The notes under the pieces were generated by a model. The model was given only the letters and a program-made list of their open reading frames with translations. It had not been told where the DNA came from and did not search any database. Of a stretch of DNA of 64,000 bases, positions 12,765 to 27,094 are shown in pieces. Source of the DNA: Lama glama (lineage: Eukaryota); the NCBI GenBank assembly GCA_028534125.1, contig CM052817.1:21578001-21642000 (forward strand), in the 5' to 3' direction. The first letter of the stretch is position 1, and every line of letters begins with the position of its first letter. Position numbers and translations under genes: made by a program.

Positions 12765-12891
12765 TGCTCTAAATAAATGGATCCTGACCATTCCTTGAGA
12801 TGTTAGTCTTCCTAGAGTTAAAGGTATGCTGCATAGTCATCATCTGATCTTCAATTGACAGCACTTTTCTAACCCATACACTAAACAACAG
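12765..12891 (-). pseudogene. Candidate exon of a decayed minus-strand gene
   Basis: Acceptor ttctgttttcag|, donor GCA|gtaagt; 127 nt; phase 0 to 1; LLFSVWVRKVLSIEDQMMTMQHTFNSRKTNISRNGQDPFI*S with one TAG. Confidence 0.5.
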
Positions 12892-14897
12892 CTGAAAACA
12901 GAATTTTGAATTTATGACTCTTCTATTTTCATTTTTATTGAATATCAATGTTGTCACTGTTTGCTTAGAACCTAAATCTCCCTCACCATAGAGTATTTAA
13001 TGAGGTGTGAGAATCCTTATCAGATTTCTAATCTTATTCTGGAAAAAGCATTTGATTTTAAGGGTCATAGACTACTTGTAGGGAGTAAAATTATGTTGAT
13101 CACAAGACTGTTAAGGTATCATTAAAAGGTGATTTGTGTGGTGGCCAGGGTGGTGGATTAAGGATATTATATCTAGAGCATGTGTATTACATCAATATCA
13201 CCATCTACAGGAGAAATGTAGGTGGATAATATCTGTATGTGAGTATTTTTTAAAGCAACAGTTTATTAACTAGGACTATGGAGATTACTAAGCCAACAGA
13301 AGAATCAGTCAAAGTAACTAAAATTTGTTACCTGTGGGAGGAAGGAATTAGGATAAAAATGGATAGGTACAAAGAAGTTTTTGTTGGTTTTTTCTTTGTT
13401 TTGAATTTAGGTTAGAACATGGAGTACCATTTCACATTATATAACATGGAGACATATTACTTAGATACAAATAAATATTACCCTAGATTTGCCTAGCATA
13501 CAGTCTCTTGGTAAATACTAGGCAGTCAATAAATGTTGGTTCCTTCCAGTGAGAGTCCCAACTTACATGTCCCAAGAAGATATATATATATAGTTTTTGT
13601 GGTCTAGGATGCAGACATATTACTTAGTTTTTTTTCTTCATGGTCTTTTTCCATTTTTTAGTTTATAACAGTGGGTGCTACCACAAAGACCCAACAACTG
13701 ACATACTAATGTTGAAAGAATGAACAAGTTGCAATCTAATGTGATGGGGTTTAGAATTGGGTGAGACTTTCCAGAAAAGGTTGCTGGTGAGCTTCTTAAA
13801 CAAGTATTTTGAAAAGATATTATGTGGTGAAGCAAGAGGTTATAGAGTGTAAACAGAGACTAGCTGCCTGAGGCCTCAGAGGCAGGAATCAATATGAGAT
13901 GTGTAGTCAACTGCAAACTGAGTTTTATGATTTAAATGTGGAAATACTTTCAACAAATAACATAAAATTGTATCTTTAAGACTGGACAAAATAGTATTTA
14001 GTTGATATGTTCACTTTGTATTTGCTAAGGAATTTAAGAAGCCTCTGTACATTTCCGAGAAAGAAGTTAAAATAATAAAATTAGAATATGAAGGATATAA
14101 TTGTAGAACAGTATACAAGATTGTTTGAAAGAGAAAGAGAAGCAAAACAACTACTTCATGTATTTTCTCATGTAACAGTAACTGTATCTCTCAGATTTTT
14201 TTTTTACTTTATTAAAGTAAGTGAAATTTCATCTGTGTTTAAGAAAATATTATCTCCTACACTCTTTAAAATGAAATACAGTGCACATATTTATGTAAGC
14301 CCTAATTTTTTTACACTGATTTGAATTTCTTGGGGAGGTTAAGGGTGTGGATGATTGCCTAATTTTAGAGGAATAAAAGTTCAATTTTTATTAGCTCTGC
14401 CCCAAACGTCAAAAACATTAATTAGATAACATTAGAGAATGAGCTTGGATCCTGTCTCTGAAATGCTCAGCTATTCCAGAGCAATATTATATAAAGGAAG
14501 GTGTGTATCTATTTATGTCCCCTGATTCTACAGAGGAGTAATCAGTTTATAAGTATGCATATGATAAAAATAATAAAATGTAACTAGATAAAAATTGCCA
14601 CCAAATATATAGGTCAGGACCAAGGAAATACTTAAAAGGTAGAAAGATAGGCAGACTGCCATTCTACTAAGTTATTAAAGTTGAACTTCATGCATGGTTT
14701 GATTTTCTGGGAGTTCAAAATTAAATGAGAATCATAGCCAGTAATGACTCTCAATATTTTAAGTTAGAAGAAATTTAAATTTCTTACATGAAAACACATT
14801 TTTTTTTTCCTAGAGCTTGTTGGAAAACTTTTCTTAGTGGTATTCATGCAAGAAACAGAACATAAGGAAAAAAAATAGCAATAAAAATAACTGAAAT

Positions 14898-14974
14898 GTG
14901 ACTGAAGTATTGTGCTGTACACCAGCAACTGACACAACATTGTAAACTGACTGTACTTCAATAAAAATATATTA
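14898..14974 (+). mobile_element. Very short L1 3' terminal insertion with 15-bp TSD
   Basis: L1 end 'tgctgtacaccagcaactgacacaacattgtaaactgactgtacttcaataaa' flanked by aaaaataactgaaat (14883-14897) and aaaaataactaaaat (14975-14989). Confidence 0.85.
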
Positions 14975-15039
14975 AAAAATAACTAAAATTAATTGGTTAT
15001 TACTATATATAAAACATCATACTATGTTACAGAAATTAT

Positions 15040-15195
15040 ATCATTTAATTATTAATTTAGTTGCATAATTTCTATTTAATGTAATTATTAATTTAGGTTG
15101 ATAATTTCTATTGTATAAATTTCTATTTTATGAATTTAGTTACATGTTCTATTTTATTTAATTATTAATTTAGGTACATAATTTCTATTTTATTC
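15040..15195. repeat. AT-rich degenerate tandem repeat (~36-bp unit)
   Basis: Recurring taattattaatttag...ataatttctatt. Confidence 0.75.
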
Positions 15196-16184
15196 TTTGT
15201 AATTATAAATGAGGAATAAGAGCAAATTTTTCAATTGTTTATCCAATATCACACAACTAAAAGTAGTTGAAAGTGGTTTAATATTTTCTTGTATAACATA
15301 CTCAGCTGCAGTTATATAAGTAACAGAATAGGTTACTGTATTAAGGGATAGAGCATTATATAGGAAAACTAAAGAAACTACAGGGATTGTAAGTGGAGAG
15401 GGGCCTAAAGAGTTGATTTGATTAATTAGACTTATTAGATGTCAGGTTTCTTTCCCCAGTGTAGCTGACTTTGGTGAATGAGAAAGTCTTCTGCTTTCAT
15501 AGCAGGGTTCTGAAGGGTAAGCTGAACCAGCATGCAGCCCAGAGAAGGTACACACAGGGCAATACATTAGTATTTCAGTGCCTTCAGTATTAAGGGGAAA
15601 CTCTCATTATACTGTACCCTCTACTTTTTATTGTTTTGTAGTCAGCATATTAAGATTTAGAGTGCCAACACCATGGTATGAGTCTTCCGAAAAGGAGGCA
15701 ACAAGTAGGCAACTCAATCTTCTGGAATTCTAAGGACTAGTCAAAAGATTTCAAATGAATCATCTTTCATCTACTGGGTCAAACTGTGACCCAACAGAAT
15801 TCAAGAGGCAAAGGTACTAGTTAAGAGTTTAGACCCAGAATTTTGTCAGCAATAAGGGGTACTATCTGACAAGAAGTGGAATTTGTGGTAGGAAACCCAG
15901 AATTTTGGTTGTGTGGTTCAAATAATAAGATTTAATTATCTTGGCATCTGGTGGTTTCTTTCTTTGGAAATGATAAAATACTAGGCATGTGCTAATTCTT
16001 CAAAACACCAAGACAAACAGATGAAGAAATAAGTAAAATAGGGTGTCTACTAAGAACCTTAAGGGAGAAAAAAAAACTTCTGTTGGAATAAATTTAATTT
16101 GGGGGGAGAGTTCTAATTTGATTATTATTGAACTGAATCAACAGTTCGGCTACCTTCTATGGATTACTTCTCTAAGGGTCTTAC

Positions 16185-16281
16185 CATCAAATAGGCCTTT
16201 TACCTTTTTGAGCAATTACTGTTCTTCATGGTCAAAAGAGTGTCTTTTCTCTTCTAACTATGATGTTATCTTTGCTGTACT
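16185..16281 (-). pseudogene. Candidate exon of a decayed minus-strand gene
   Basis: Acceptor ttctttaatttgcag|, donor ATG|gtaaga (alternative AAG|gtaaaa at 16204); STAKITS*LEEKRHSFDHEEQ*LLKK. Confidence 0.4.
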
Positions 16282-17746
16282 CTGCAAATTAAAGAACATT
16301 AGGTTGGGTGAACCAACAAATGTTGAAGGGTAAAAAAATTGTTCTGCATTTGATGGGATTTAGATGTGCTATAAGTTCTAAAGTCAATTACAACTTTCTA
16401 AAATTCATAGGCATCAGAGTCTCTGGATATTTGATGACAAATATTGATTTAATTTTGGAAGGATAGACATATTTTTACCTCATTGAAATACAGTGATTTC
16501 ATTACCAGGTATAGTTTACTGTAGAGAACCATTAGTGTGTCAAGACAATTTCATCAAAATAAAATTACAAGGCTAGAAACTCTTTTTGTGTGTCAAAATG
16601 GACTACTGATATTTCCTATCCCAAGTGGATTATCCAGAATTCCTAATGTAGCCCATCCCTTATTACAAACATTTGATTTAAAAACAAATCCTTCATCTGA
16701 TTATTATCTGTAATAACCTGCCATTTACAGAGTCAATTGCTGCCACAAATGCCGCCTTCTATCAAAATTAGTTTTTTAGGACATCTAACCAGAACTTACT
16801 GCTCTTCAAAGCGTTTTCACATCTACCAAAGTAACTAATCCACTTTGGGTATAGATACAGATTTAATTATCTGCTTAATTATCTATTCTTTTGAGACTTA
16901 GAAAACATAAGAAAGCCCAGAAATCAGATTCAGAAAGACTCATAGTTCATGACTTATATGAAAATTACATGGTAGGTAAAATTATTTAGGTTAGAAAACT
17001 GAGAATTTAAATGACTCTCTCTGACATAAATTTTTATAGGAAATGTTCTGAGTTTTAGATAACTTATTCAAGTATGAAAATTTGAAAAATATTCTATTAA
17101 TCATAGCTACAATGTCTTCTTCAAACTTCTGCAGAAATTTTGTGAGAGCAAGTCATGATAAAACACACTTTACAATAGTACTATGATTAAATTTGAATTT
17201 TTATCTCCAAACATTGTACTGTTATAGATATTTGCAAGCATTACAGTAAATTGAATCAGGGTGTTAAATTAGAGGAGCTTGATAGATAAATTATCCTTTG
17301 ATTATAATGTGTTTTTTTTCCACACTGGGATGTGCTTAATGCACATCTAAATAGGGATATAGATAACTGATGATTCTTGTCAGTATGGCAACTTGAGCCT
17401 AGATGTTAATAATATAACATAGAGAGATGATGTGATACAAAGGCTCTAAGGAGAAAGAAGACAAAGAGTATAAAACTTTGAAAATAAAGGCAAGGATTTT
17501 TTGTTTGATGGTGAAAGGTGCAAAATAGAAAAAGAAAGTCTCAGAGGAAGAAAATAATTACATTTTATTCTTCTCCTTCATAAAAACTATGTAAGTGACC
17601 TTTAGAGTAGTGTAACAAGTAGACAACACAACCAAAAATGCACTCAAGAAAGCTGAATGATCCACAAGTCACAAAGAAGACACTGGGAAGCACTGTAGCA
17701 GGTGCCGGATCCAAGGGCTTTACAAGAAGCCATAGCTGCAAATGAC

Positions 17747-18263
17747 TGTGATGGTTAGTTTTATATGTTACTTTGACTGAAGTAAGAGATGACCAGATAG
17801 CCAGTAAGACATTATTTCTGGGTGTGTCTGTGAGGGTGTTTTCTGTTGTGATCAGCAGTTGATTCAGTAGACTCATGAAGAAATGTGCTCTCATCAATGT
17901 GGGCAGGCATCATCCAACCTGTTGGGGGCCTGAATGGAACACAAAGGTGTAGGATGGGTGAATTCTTGCTCTCTTTTTGTACTGGGAAGTCCATCTTCTC
18001 CTGTGCTTCAATCACTTGGTGATCCAGAACTGGGGGTTGGTCTTGGACAAGGAGTTACACCAATGGTTTTCCTGTCCTCAGGCCATCAGAATCAAACTGA
18101 ATTATACTGAATTGCTTTCCTGGTTCTCCAACTTGCAGACACCACATTGTGGTGCTTCTCAACCTCCATAATTGTGTGAGTCACATCCTATAATAAATCT
18201 CTTGTATCTATCTATCTATCTATCCACTTTCTTCTGTTTCTCTGGAGAACCTTGACTAATACA
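17747..18263 (+). mobile_element. ERVL solo LTR (MLT2-type)
   Basis: TG...CA ends (tgtgatggttagttttatatg...gaaccttgactaataca), 'acattatttctgggtgtgtctgtgagggtgtt', 5-bp TSD atgac/atgcc. Confidence 0.9.
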
Positions 18264-18409
18264 ATGCCTAAGCTTAAGTCTAAGTAAAAAAACACTTAAA
18301 AGTTGAGGACCTTGATAGTGTTGGAAGTGTTTTTTTTTTCTGTGTGATATCTCTAATTTGATGTTTAGGTAGATTTTCTATTAAATATAGTTATCATAAA
18401 CAATGAAAA

Positions 18410-19780
18410 AATTTTGAGTAAAATTGTCTATGTTTGCAGATGGCATGATCTTATATGTAAGAAACTCTGAAGATTCCACCAAAAAAACCTTGTTAGAACT
18501 AATAAATTTAGTCAAGTAGCAAGATACAAGATTGACACAAAAATCATTTGAATTTCTACAGACTAGCAATGAACTATCAAGAGAAATTTAAAAAGAAATT
18601 CTATTTAGCATCAAAACCAATAAAATACTAAGGAATACATTTACCCAAGAAGGTGAAAGATCTATGCACTGAAAACTATAAGATATTGATGAAAGAAATA
18701 GAAAAAGACACAAATCAAGTAAAAATGTCTATTCTACCCAAAGCAATCTACAGACTCAATGCAATTCCTATCAAAATCCCAATGTCTTTTCCACATGGAA
18801 CCACAACAGACTCTGTATACCCAAGGCAGCCTAGTAAAAGAACAAACCTGTGAGTATCACGTCCTGATTTCACACTTTATTACAAAGAGATAATAATCGA
18901 AACAGGATTGTACTGGCATAAAAACGGACACATAGATCAATGGAACAAAATAGAAAGTCCAAAAGTAAATACACATATTTGTGTTCAGCATCTCTGACAA
19001 GAGTTCCAAGAGCACACAACAGGGTAAAGATAGTCTCTTCAGCACATGGGATTGGAAAACCTGATAGCCACATGCAAAAGAATGAACCTGGACCCTGACT
19101 TTACATCACTCAGAAAATTAACACAAATTGGATTAAATAATTAAATGAAAGACATGAAACTATAAAACTGCCAGATGAAAATATAAGGAAAAGTCTTATT
19201 GACATTGGTCTTGGTATTTATTTTTAAAATATGACACCAAAAAATACGAAAATATGAAAGTGGGATTGTATTAAACTAAAAAAAAGTCTGTACATCAAAG
19301 GAAATAATCAACAAAACGAAAAGTAACTTACAGAGTGGGAGAAACTATTTGCAAACCATATATTTGATAAGAGGATAAAATTTAAAATATATGAGGAATT
19401 CATACAACCCAGTAGCAAACAATAATAATAATAACCTGATTTTAAAATGGGTGAAATATCAAAACAGACATTTTTTTCAAAAGACACCCAAATGACCGAT
19501 AGGTACACGAAAAGGTGTTAAACCTTACTAAATATCAAGGAATGCAAGTCAAAACCACAATGAGATATCACTTCACATCTGTTAGGATGGCTATCACTAA
19601 AAAGTCAAAGGATAACGAATGTTGGTGATAATGTGGAGAAAAGGCAACCCTTGTGCACAGTTGGTGGAAACGTCAGCTGGGGCAGTTACTATGGAAAACA
19701 GTATATAGGGTCCTCAAAATATTAAAAATAGACTACCATATGATCTAGAAATCCCATTTCTGAGTAGATAGCCCAAGGAT
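18410..19780 (+). mobile_element. Old L1 ORF2 3' half (L1MA/MB-type), decayed
   Basis: FADGMILY motif at ~18433; [40 protein letters not shown]; many stops and deletions. Confidence 0.9.
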
Positions 19781-19982
19781 AGGCTGGGAGACTAAGTCTG
19801 TCAAAGGGTAAAACTGAGTATGTTATTTGAACACATGATAAATGCTAGATGTGTCAAGTATCAGTTTTCACAAGAACTGAAAGAAGAATTTGCACAATTC
19901 ATGAAGTAACTTGTTCAGGTATTGGCATCAACTTTGCAGTATCTTTTCATTTCTTTTTAATCATGAGACATCATACAAGAAA

Positions 19983-20047
19983 ATATGTGTGTGTATGTGT
20001 GTGCATGTGTGTGTGTGTGCGCATGCATGCATGCACACGCACATGCA
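19983..20047. repeat. 65-bp alternating purine-pyrimidine tract (TG/CA/TGCA)
   Basis: Uninterrupted RY alternation. Confidence 0.9.
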
Positions 20048-20461
20048 GGCTGGGCATTTAAAAATAATTATAAAGGAGACACCTGTGTGGTTATCACTCA
20101 TGTCAAGAGAGAATCACCAGACTCTGAAAAGCCCACCGTGGGTGCCCTTCTCCAAAGGCAATCCTCTCCCTGTCCCCTAGGGATCACCCCACTGTCCTAA
20201 CGTTCATAATAAACATTTTCTAGCTCTCCCATATAGTTTACCAACTGTGACTGCCTACACAACTATTACAGTTTAATTCTGCCATCTTCGTATTATATAA
20301 TTGGAACCATACTGTGATTGTGCTTTATGCCTTGCTTTTTTCCATCAAATGTGAGGTTTATGAGCTGTGTCCCTTACTTTCCCGATGGAACTAATCTTTC
20401 GATTTTCAATTCCTGCTGTGCGTTAACTTTTCTGCCTGTGAGTAATTTCTAAGAATCTTCA

Positions 20462-20860
20462 TTTTTTTTACTGTGGTAAGAACACCTAGCATAAGATCTA
20501 CCTTCTTAAATTAAGTGTGCAACGCAGTATTGTTAACCATAGGCGCAATGCTGTATCCAGACCTCTAGCCATTGTTCATCTTGCATAACTGAAACTTTAT
20601 ACCCATTTAATAGGAACTCCTCATTTTCCCCTCGCTCCCCTGGTAATCACCATTCTATTCTGCTTCTAGGAGTCTGACTATTTCAGGTTCCAGATATAAA
20701 TAGCATCATATAGTATCTGTCCCCCTGTGACCAAGTTATTTCACTTAATATTATGTTCTCAAAGCTCATCTATACTCTGACATATTGAAAAATGCCCTTC
20801 TTTTTTAAGACTAAATAATAATCCATTGTATGTATAGATCATCTTTTCTTTACCCATCCA
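20462..20860 (-). mobile_element. L1 3' UTR (L1MA9-like)
   Basis: 'tgtggtaagaacacctagcataagatctacc...gtattgttaaccatagg...catcttgcataactgaaactttatacc'. Confidence 0.8.
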
Positions 20861-22825
20861 CTTGACACTGTCAGCATTTCTTTCCCTCTTTGATTTACTG
20901 TTTGCATTTGAATTGTCTTTGATCTGTCTGATAACTATTCTCTAAGTTCTCCACTTCCTCCTTTTCTTTTTTTGGCTACTACATAATTTCTCAACACACA
21001 TATTCATAAATCTCTTCAATGAAGCCACCATATCAGTTTCTAAAGTCATTTTAATTATAATCTAATCCTTACAAACATAATTATCACCTTCTCTCATCAC
21101 TTTATTTTTCCTTTCTTGCTTTTCCTTTTCTTCTTGCATACAGAATAATTTGAGACTGAGTATATTTGGGTAACCATAAAAGTAGTGAGTAGAATAACTC
21201 TTATAAAGTGATTAGCAGGGAATCTATAAATAATACATTGTTTAATACATATCTTTCTGTGTTTGCATTCTTAGCTCATAAAAAATGAGAGAAATCAATA
21301 CATAACATAAAACTAAAGTATCCAATTTGTATACCTTAAATATTCCATATAGTGAAGATAATTACAGTTAATGAATTAAATTTCTTTTTAAGCCTATGTG
21401 CCACGGCAATACAATTGTTCTCTTTAAATAGCCAAAGCTTGAAACAATGGAGACAATGCAGACTATGATTGGGTGAACTGAGTTGATTCTCATCCACTTT
21501 GCCCATCTGGGCTCTACAATTAGTGCCTTTCTTTCAATATCCTACGTGTTATGCTTTCAATGTTTTTTCAAATAAAAAGGAGTAATTCATAGTTTGTGCT
21601 TGGAGGCTGTGATTTCAGAAGTATGTTAAATATATGATTCTTGAACAGTGGAATAAAGTTAATTGCACTATTGGAATTTTGCATAACTCTATCACAAAAT
21701 TAGAAAAGTGTTTGTTGTTTGTTCTTTTTGTTTTTGGCAGTATTAACAAATCTTGAAAAGATTTGCTTCAGATCAAAAAAAGTTTAGCTTTTCCTTTTTT
21801 TCCCCATATACTTCTTTGTTATTATTCTGTTTGGCAAAAATAAATGTGCAGTATTTCATGAAATCAAGTTGGGCCCCATGATGGTGCTAGTGCAAGGTGT
21901 CTAGAGGATTTAGCATATGTCACCCCATATGTCCTTTATGTATTTTCCATTCTAAGTGCACTGGGATGAATCGTATCCCTTGAAGAGTGTGATACAGTTC
22001 CTGTTATTCAGGAAGCCTGTGTGGGTTTGACAGTGCAGGTCTGGCAGGTAAGGGGAGGAGAATTGCTGGTGTTTAGTGAGAAATATCTGAGAGTAAGCCA
22101 AACTGCAATTCTTTTGTTTTTCTTCCCTTTTCCTTACTTTCTAGCAGACACATAATCTACTTATTGTAATAGCACTGTAATATATTTCATAATATGTGAA
22201 AGTAAATCCATGCATTTTAAAAAACTGGATTTAAATCACTTTTAGTATCTAAAACTAACATTTTAATTCTACTATACTTTCTGCTAGAAATAAGTGTCTA
22301 AAGGGTAACAATAAAACAAGACAAAATCTGTTGTTAATTACAATCATAAAACTTATGTAAGCCTTTATATTTCCCATATATCTCAATGAATAGATTATAG
22401 TATTATCTAAACACAATTAATACTGTAAATACTGGCTTGTAATCTGTAGGATTACCTATAATAATATGTTTTAATATGTCTTTGTTCAATGAACAAAATT
22501 ATTTTATAATGTGGAAGTAATTAAATCCAATTCTCTTCTTCATCAATAAATAAGCATTTAATGAGTGCTATCCTGGAAACAGGAGCTGTAGATGAGCTCA
22601 GAACTTTCCTTCATATTTAGGTAGCATCAATCCTCAGGTATGAGTGCTATTTGGGGACTATAGACTGTCTTTTTTCTGCACTGTTTCTGGAAGCCATGTC
22701 TTGTGGATACTGAGTGTTAGACTCACACAAAATTCAGGGATGAATAGAATCCTCTAACTTTACTTCTCCATATTATTGACACTTCTTGTCCCTGAAAAAA
22801 ATTATTCTAAAAAACTAAACTGTTG

Positions 22826-22922
22826 GAAAGAAGGAAGGAAAGAAGGAAGGAAGGAAAGGAGGGAGGGAAAAGATGAAGGAAGGGAGGAAGGAGGAAAGGA
22901 AGGGAGGAAAATGGAAGAAGGA
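22826..22922. repeat. (GGAA)n-like polypurine tract
   Basis: Directly visible. Confidence 0.9.
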
Positions 22923-23404
22923 ATTTGACATTAAACAAGTTAATAAGTTTTATAAATTCTGCCTAAAGTTAATTGATATAATAAAACTTAAAAAAGAAAA
23001 GTAGAAAAAAAATATACTGACCTTAAAAGTTTTATTTAGCCTTTTTCCCTTCTCTGTCTCTTCCTTTCACAAACTCCTTCGACTTTTTTCAATACACAAT
23101 TTATCAACAAGAGACATTTTAAAATGTCCATGTCATCAAAATATTCTCCCTGGCACTACTCAGATGAAACTTTGCAAAGAGACAGAAAAGCCAGTTAGAT
23201 TCATTCTGTTTACGCTTTGTTAAGGAGCATAATTATTTGAGTTAATTTTGTGCACATGAAAAATGGTTTACAAATGAGAAGGATTGACAGGCAGTTCTTG
23301 TGGGGGAGGTATTTCTGCCTGAATTTTACTTACTGTTCTATTGAAATTTAACATATGACCTACATGAAAATAAATTGGATTATGGTTATGCATGGGACTC
23401 AGTC

Positions 23405-23930
23405 TTAAGCAACCTAAATGTCCATTGACAGATGACTGAATAAAGAAGATGTGTATATAAATACAAAGGACTATTACTCAGTCATCAAAAAGAATGAAAT
23501 AATGGCATTTGCAGCAACATGGATGGACCTTGAGATTAATATACTAAGTGAAGTAAGTCAGAGAGAGAAAGACAAATATCATATGATATCACTTATATGT
23601 AGAACCTAAAAAATGATACAAAGGAACTTATTTACAAAATGGAAACAGACTCACAGACCTAAAAATAAACTTATGGTTACCAAAGGGGAAATGGGGGAGG
23701 GACAAATAAATTAGGACTTTGGGATTAGTATATACACACTACTATATATAAAATAGATAAACAACAAGGTCCTACTGTAGAGCACTGTAGGGAACTATAT
23801 TTAGTATCTTGTAATTACCTATAATGGAAAAGAACCTAAAAAATAATATAAAGATGTATAACTGAATCACTGTGCTATACACCAGAAATTAACACAACAT
23901 TGGAAATCAACTATACTTTAATAAAAAAGA
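23405..23930 (+). mobile_element. L1 3' end (ORF2 C-terminus and 3' UTR, artiodactyl type)
   Basis: 'aagcaacctaaatgtccattgacagatga...catttgcagcaacatggatggacct...aactgaatcactgtgctatacaccagaaattaacacaacatt...aataaa'. Confidence 0.92.
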
Positions 23931-26409
23931 GGAAAAGAAATGCTCATTTAATAATTTCACATATGGATCATATTTATGTAAAAGTTTAAGCCTAAGTACA
24001 AATGAAGCAATCAAAAATGTACATTGGGTGGCTGAGCCACATATTTTATTTATTTATTTATTCAATCCTTTATTATCTTTGTAGGCAGAAATTCCTTTTT
24101 CTGACAGCCAAAATGTAAAAATAACATCTGTCAGAAAAGGTAGTAGAGGAGCCTATGAGAAACTATGGAAAGAAGGAGGTCAGTGAAGGTAAATCACGGG
24201 AGATGAGGTGAGACTGGGTCATAATGATGATGGGGCAGGATGAAAACATGGAGGAAATGCTTTGGGACATGACCAGGGCAGCAAGGGCATCAGATCGCTG
24301 CCATTTTGTCAGTCTGCACTTTTCTCTCTGTCCTTTGCTGTGCTTGAAACATCCTTATTTTTGACAATTGACTTCTCAGTTATTCTCCTTTTTTAAGTAT
24401 CAATACAAAAATTTTTTAGTACATGCTTTACCATCTTTTTGGCTTCTAACACCCGCCTTGAATGTATCCAGCCCTATATTAGACCATTGTTTTCACACAA
24501 GTTGTGTGTATTGTGCAAGTACTACTTCTGTGTCTATATATCTTTTCCTTAACTTAGTAACTAACAAGTAAACAGATCTCACACGTGGTCCTTGTGTGTC
24601 ATAAATAATATGGTGCACAAACAAAATGGGAATTCATATACAACTTTAAAGATTAATCCTCATTTAGGTGCATGTATACAGCATTAAATTATGAATAGTT
24701 ATGGTTATGGAAAATTATTTCAATTAGGGCATTTTTAATAGTATTCTTTAAATAAGTGAAAATTACAAAAAATAAAAAATCAAGTTCTGGTTGCATATAC
24801 AAAGATGATACTTATTAAGAAATATTATCAAATTATATATCATGACAGTATTTGATTTATATTCTACTGTTGTAAAGATCTCGCTCAATCCTCTGTTGAC
24901 TTTATTAATTGCTTCTCTGAAATATAAGCAGGGGTTTAATAGGTTATTATAGTGCAAGGTCTTTTTCAAAGTGATTTTGTACTTGTTCATCTCAATTCAT
25001 CTTGAATTTGTGTTTATCATTTTGGATTTTAATGTGTATCTCTGATTAGATTGGAATGTGTTTGGTGTTTTAACTGTTCTAGATGATAATTGGCCTTAGC
25101 AAGACAGGATCTAAAAATAAAATCAGAAAATCAAATAAATCTCTAGCTCATTATTGTAAGAAAAAAAAAAGCTCTATTTTTAAAAAGGAGAAGCAATTCA
25201 AAACTCCATCGTTCTTTGTGTTCTATCCTTGTATGAACCACAATTTCAGTATGATTTAACGGTATGTTGTCACTAAAGATATTCACAATACATGGTTTTC
25301 CCTAAATTCTTTCTGTTTAGGGACAGTTCCAATGTTTTTGTATTCCACTTTGTTGGATTTACCACTTTCCTCTCTGGTTTCTCATTTGGCAGTCAGTCTA
25401 ATATTTTTCATAAGACTGACTATATTTTGTATCACAGGAAACTACTGGGTCCTGAATGCTCAAAGATGCATGAAAGTTGTTCATTTTCTTCAAGTTGCTG
25501 ATGGCCCAATGTCAGATATGTAATCAATGATTATAATAATGTCATGAAAATTGTGGCTGAGGCTTGTAATAGCTTGCATAATAGGCTTGTGGCATAAAGC
25601 TTGTCTGGGGAAGTCCTCCGAGTTATAAGTTCTAGCATAACTCAGCAAGACTCACTCCCTAGAAAATATATTTTATTAGGATCTTAAATTTTTCCTTTGA
25701 TTTTTTTCCCTAGTAGTGCAATCCATTTTCATTTATTAATTTAAAATTCATGGCCTTAAATATTCGTTATTTGCCCTTCACAAAAATGAATCATGATGTC
25801 CTTCTTGTCCTCTCATGTTTAAGTTAAGAGAATTCACAGAGGGGAAGGTAAAAAAGAAAGATGGATTAATGGTGGGGAACATCAGGCAACAGAGTGGCAG
25901 GAATATCCCAGATCCACTCAGAACATACTCACAGAAGTAGCAACTTCAAATCTCAGCTTTCTGAGCCAATTTCTCTATTGTCTCACTTTGAGCTGAGGTT
26001 TCAAGGATAGACAGGACCTAGAGTACACTTAAGATTCTCCACTCCTGAGGTTTATGGTGAAATTCTAGTTAACTCAGGTTTGGGAAAATATTTATGTCTA
26101 ATTTTCATAAATGAAGAAGCTGACCTATAATTTTAAATCTGAGCATACATGCTTGTAGGAATGTATAGCAGCCTGGCAAAAAGTCAGTTAGGCCAATGTA
26201 CACCTGGCTTTTGCCATACAATGTACAGCTCTTAATTTATTCAGTGAAACAGTATTTACTGCATGTTTCTATATGAGCCAGTTACTCTACCATATAACTA
26301 AAACAAAATCTCTCTGAAACAAGATTAGACTTCTGTATGAAAGAAAATGTGGTAGATTTTATTAATAGCTTTTTTTAATTCTTTCTGTTATCTATACATT
26401 TCATACACA

Positions 26410-26735
26410 AATTCTCCTTTGACTGGGTTTGGTTGTGTGGTGCGTTTTGGTCAATGTGGGATTAGCACATGTGACGAAAGCAGGAGCTTGAGGTGTCTTC
26501 ATGTGCTGCACTAAGGAGAAGTCCACACATTGTCCAAGTAAACTGAAAGACATATGAAGTATATCTACACCTAAACTGTAGCTTGGGGCCAAGTTTAAGC
26601 TAACCCGAGATTGTCTGACTCCTAGTCCAGTCCATCTTCAGACCTATAAATGAGAATGACAATTGTCCCTTTAGGTTGTTGAGTTTGGCTGTGATTTTCT
26701 ATTGGCATTGCTATTGTAATAATTGACTGATGCAA
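26410..26735 (+). mobile_element. MaLR LTR (MLT1I-like)
   Basis: 'ttttggtcaatgtgggattagcacatgtgacgaaagcaggagcttga...ttgactgatgca'. Confidence 0.6.
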
Positions 26736-27094
26736 TAAAGAAATGTTAAACTCTGAGTTACTAAGTGTTGTGACAAAATATGCACAGTCTGGAGCAAAAA
26801 GAGAGATTTCCAACTCTTTTTGATAATGTTACAGGCTTGAGAACAGAGACAGCCTCTTAGCTATTCTTTAAAGAGGAAACTACTCTGCACACAAGGTATG
26901 CAGATGAGGAGCATTTTGAACAGAAACAATAGCTTGCAAAAAGTTATAAGAAGTGTGAAATTGCATAAAATTCAGAGGACATTAATATTTCTGTATGTCT
27001 AGAGTAGACTATGCAAAGTAAAGTAATATGATTAAACAAAACTATAATTAGTTAAATTCATATTATTTACTAAAGTCTTGATACTTTACAAAGA

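Noticed and set aside
13135..13332. Additional minus-strand exon after acceptor cttcctcccacag
   Set aside because: Early stops in all three frames and no convincing donor
15040..15195. CRISPR-like spaced repeats
   Set aside because: Degenerate AT-rich tandem duplication without unique spacers, in mammalian DNA with no cas genes
24097..24138. 11-bp inverted repeat (ttttctgacag/ctgtcagaaaa) as a terminator or pre-miRNA
   Set aside because: Stem too short for a pre-miRNA, 20-nt loop, eukaryotic context; plausible by chance
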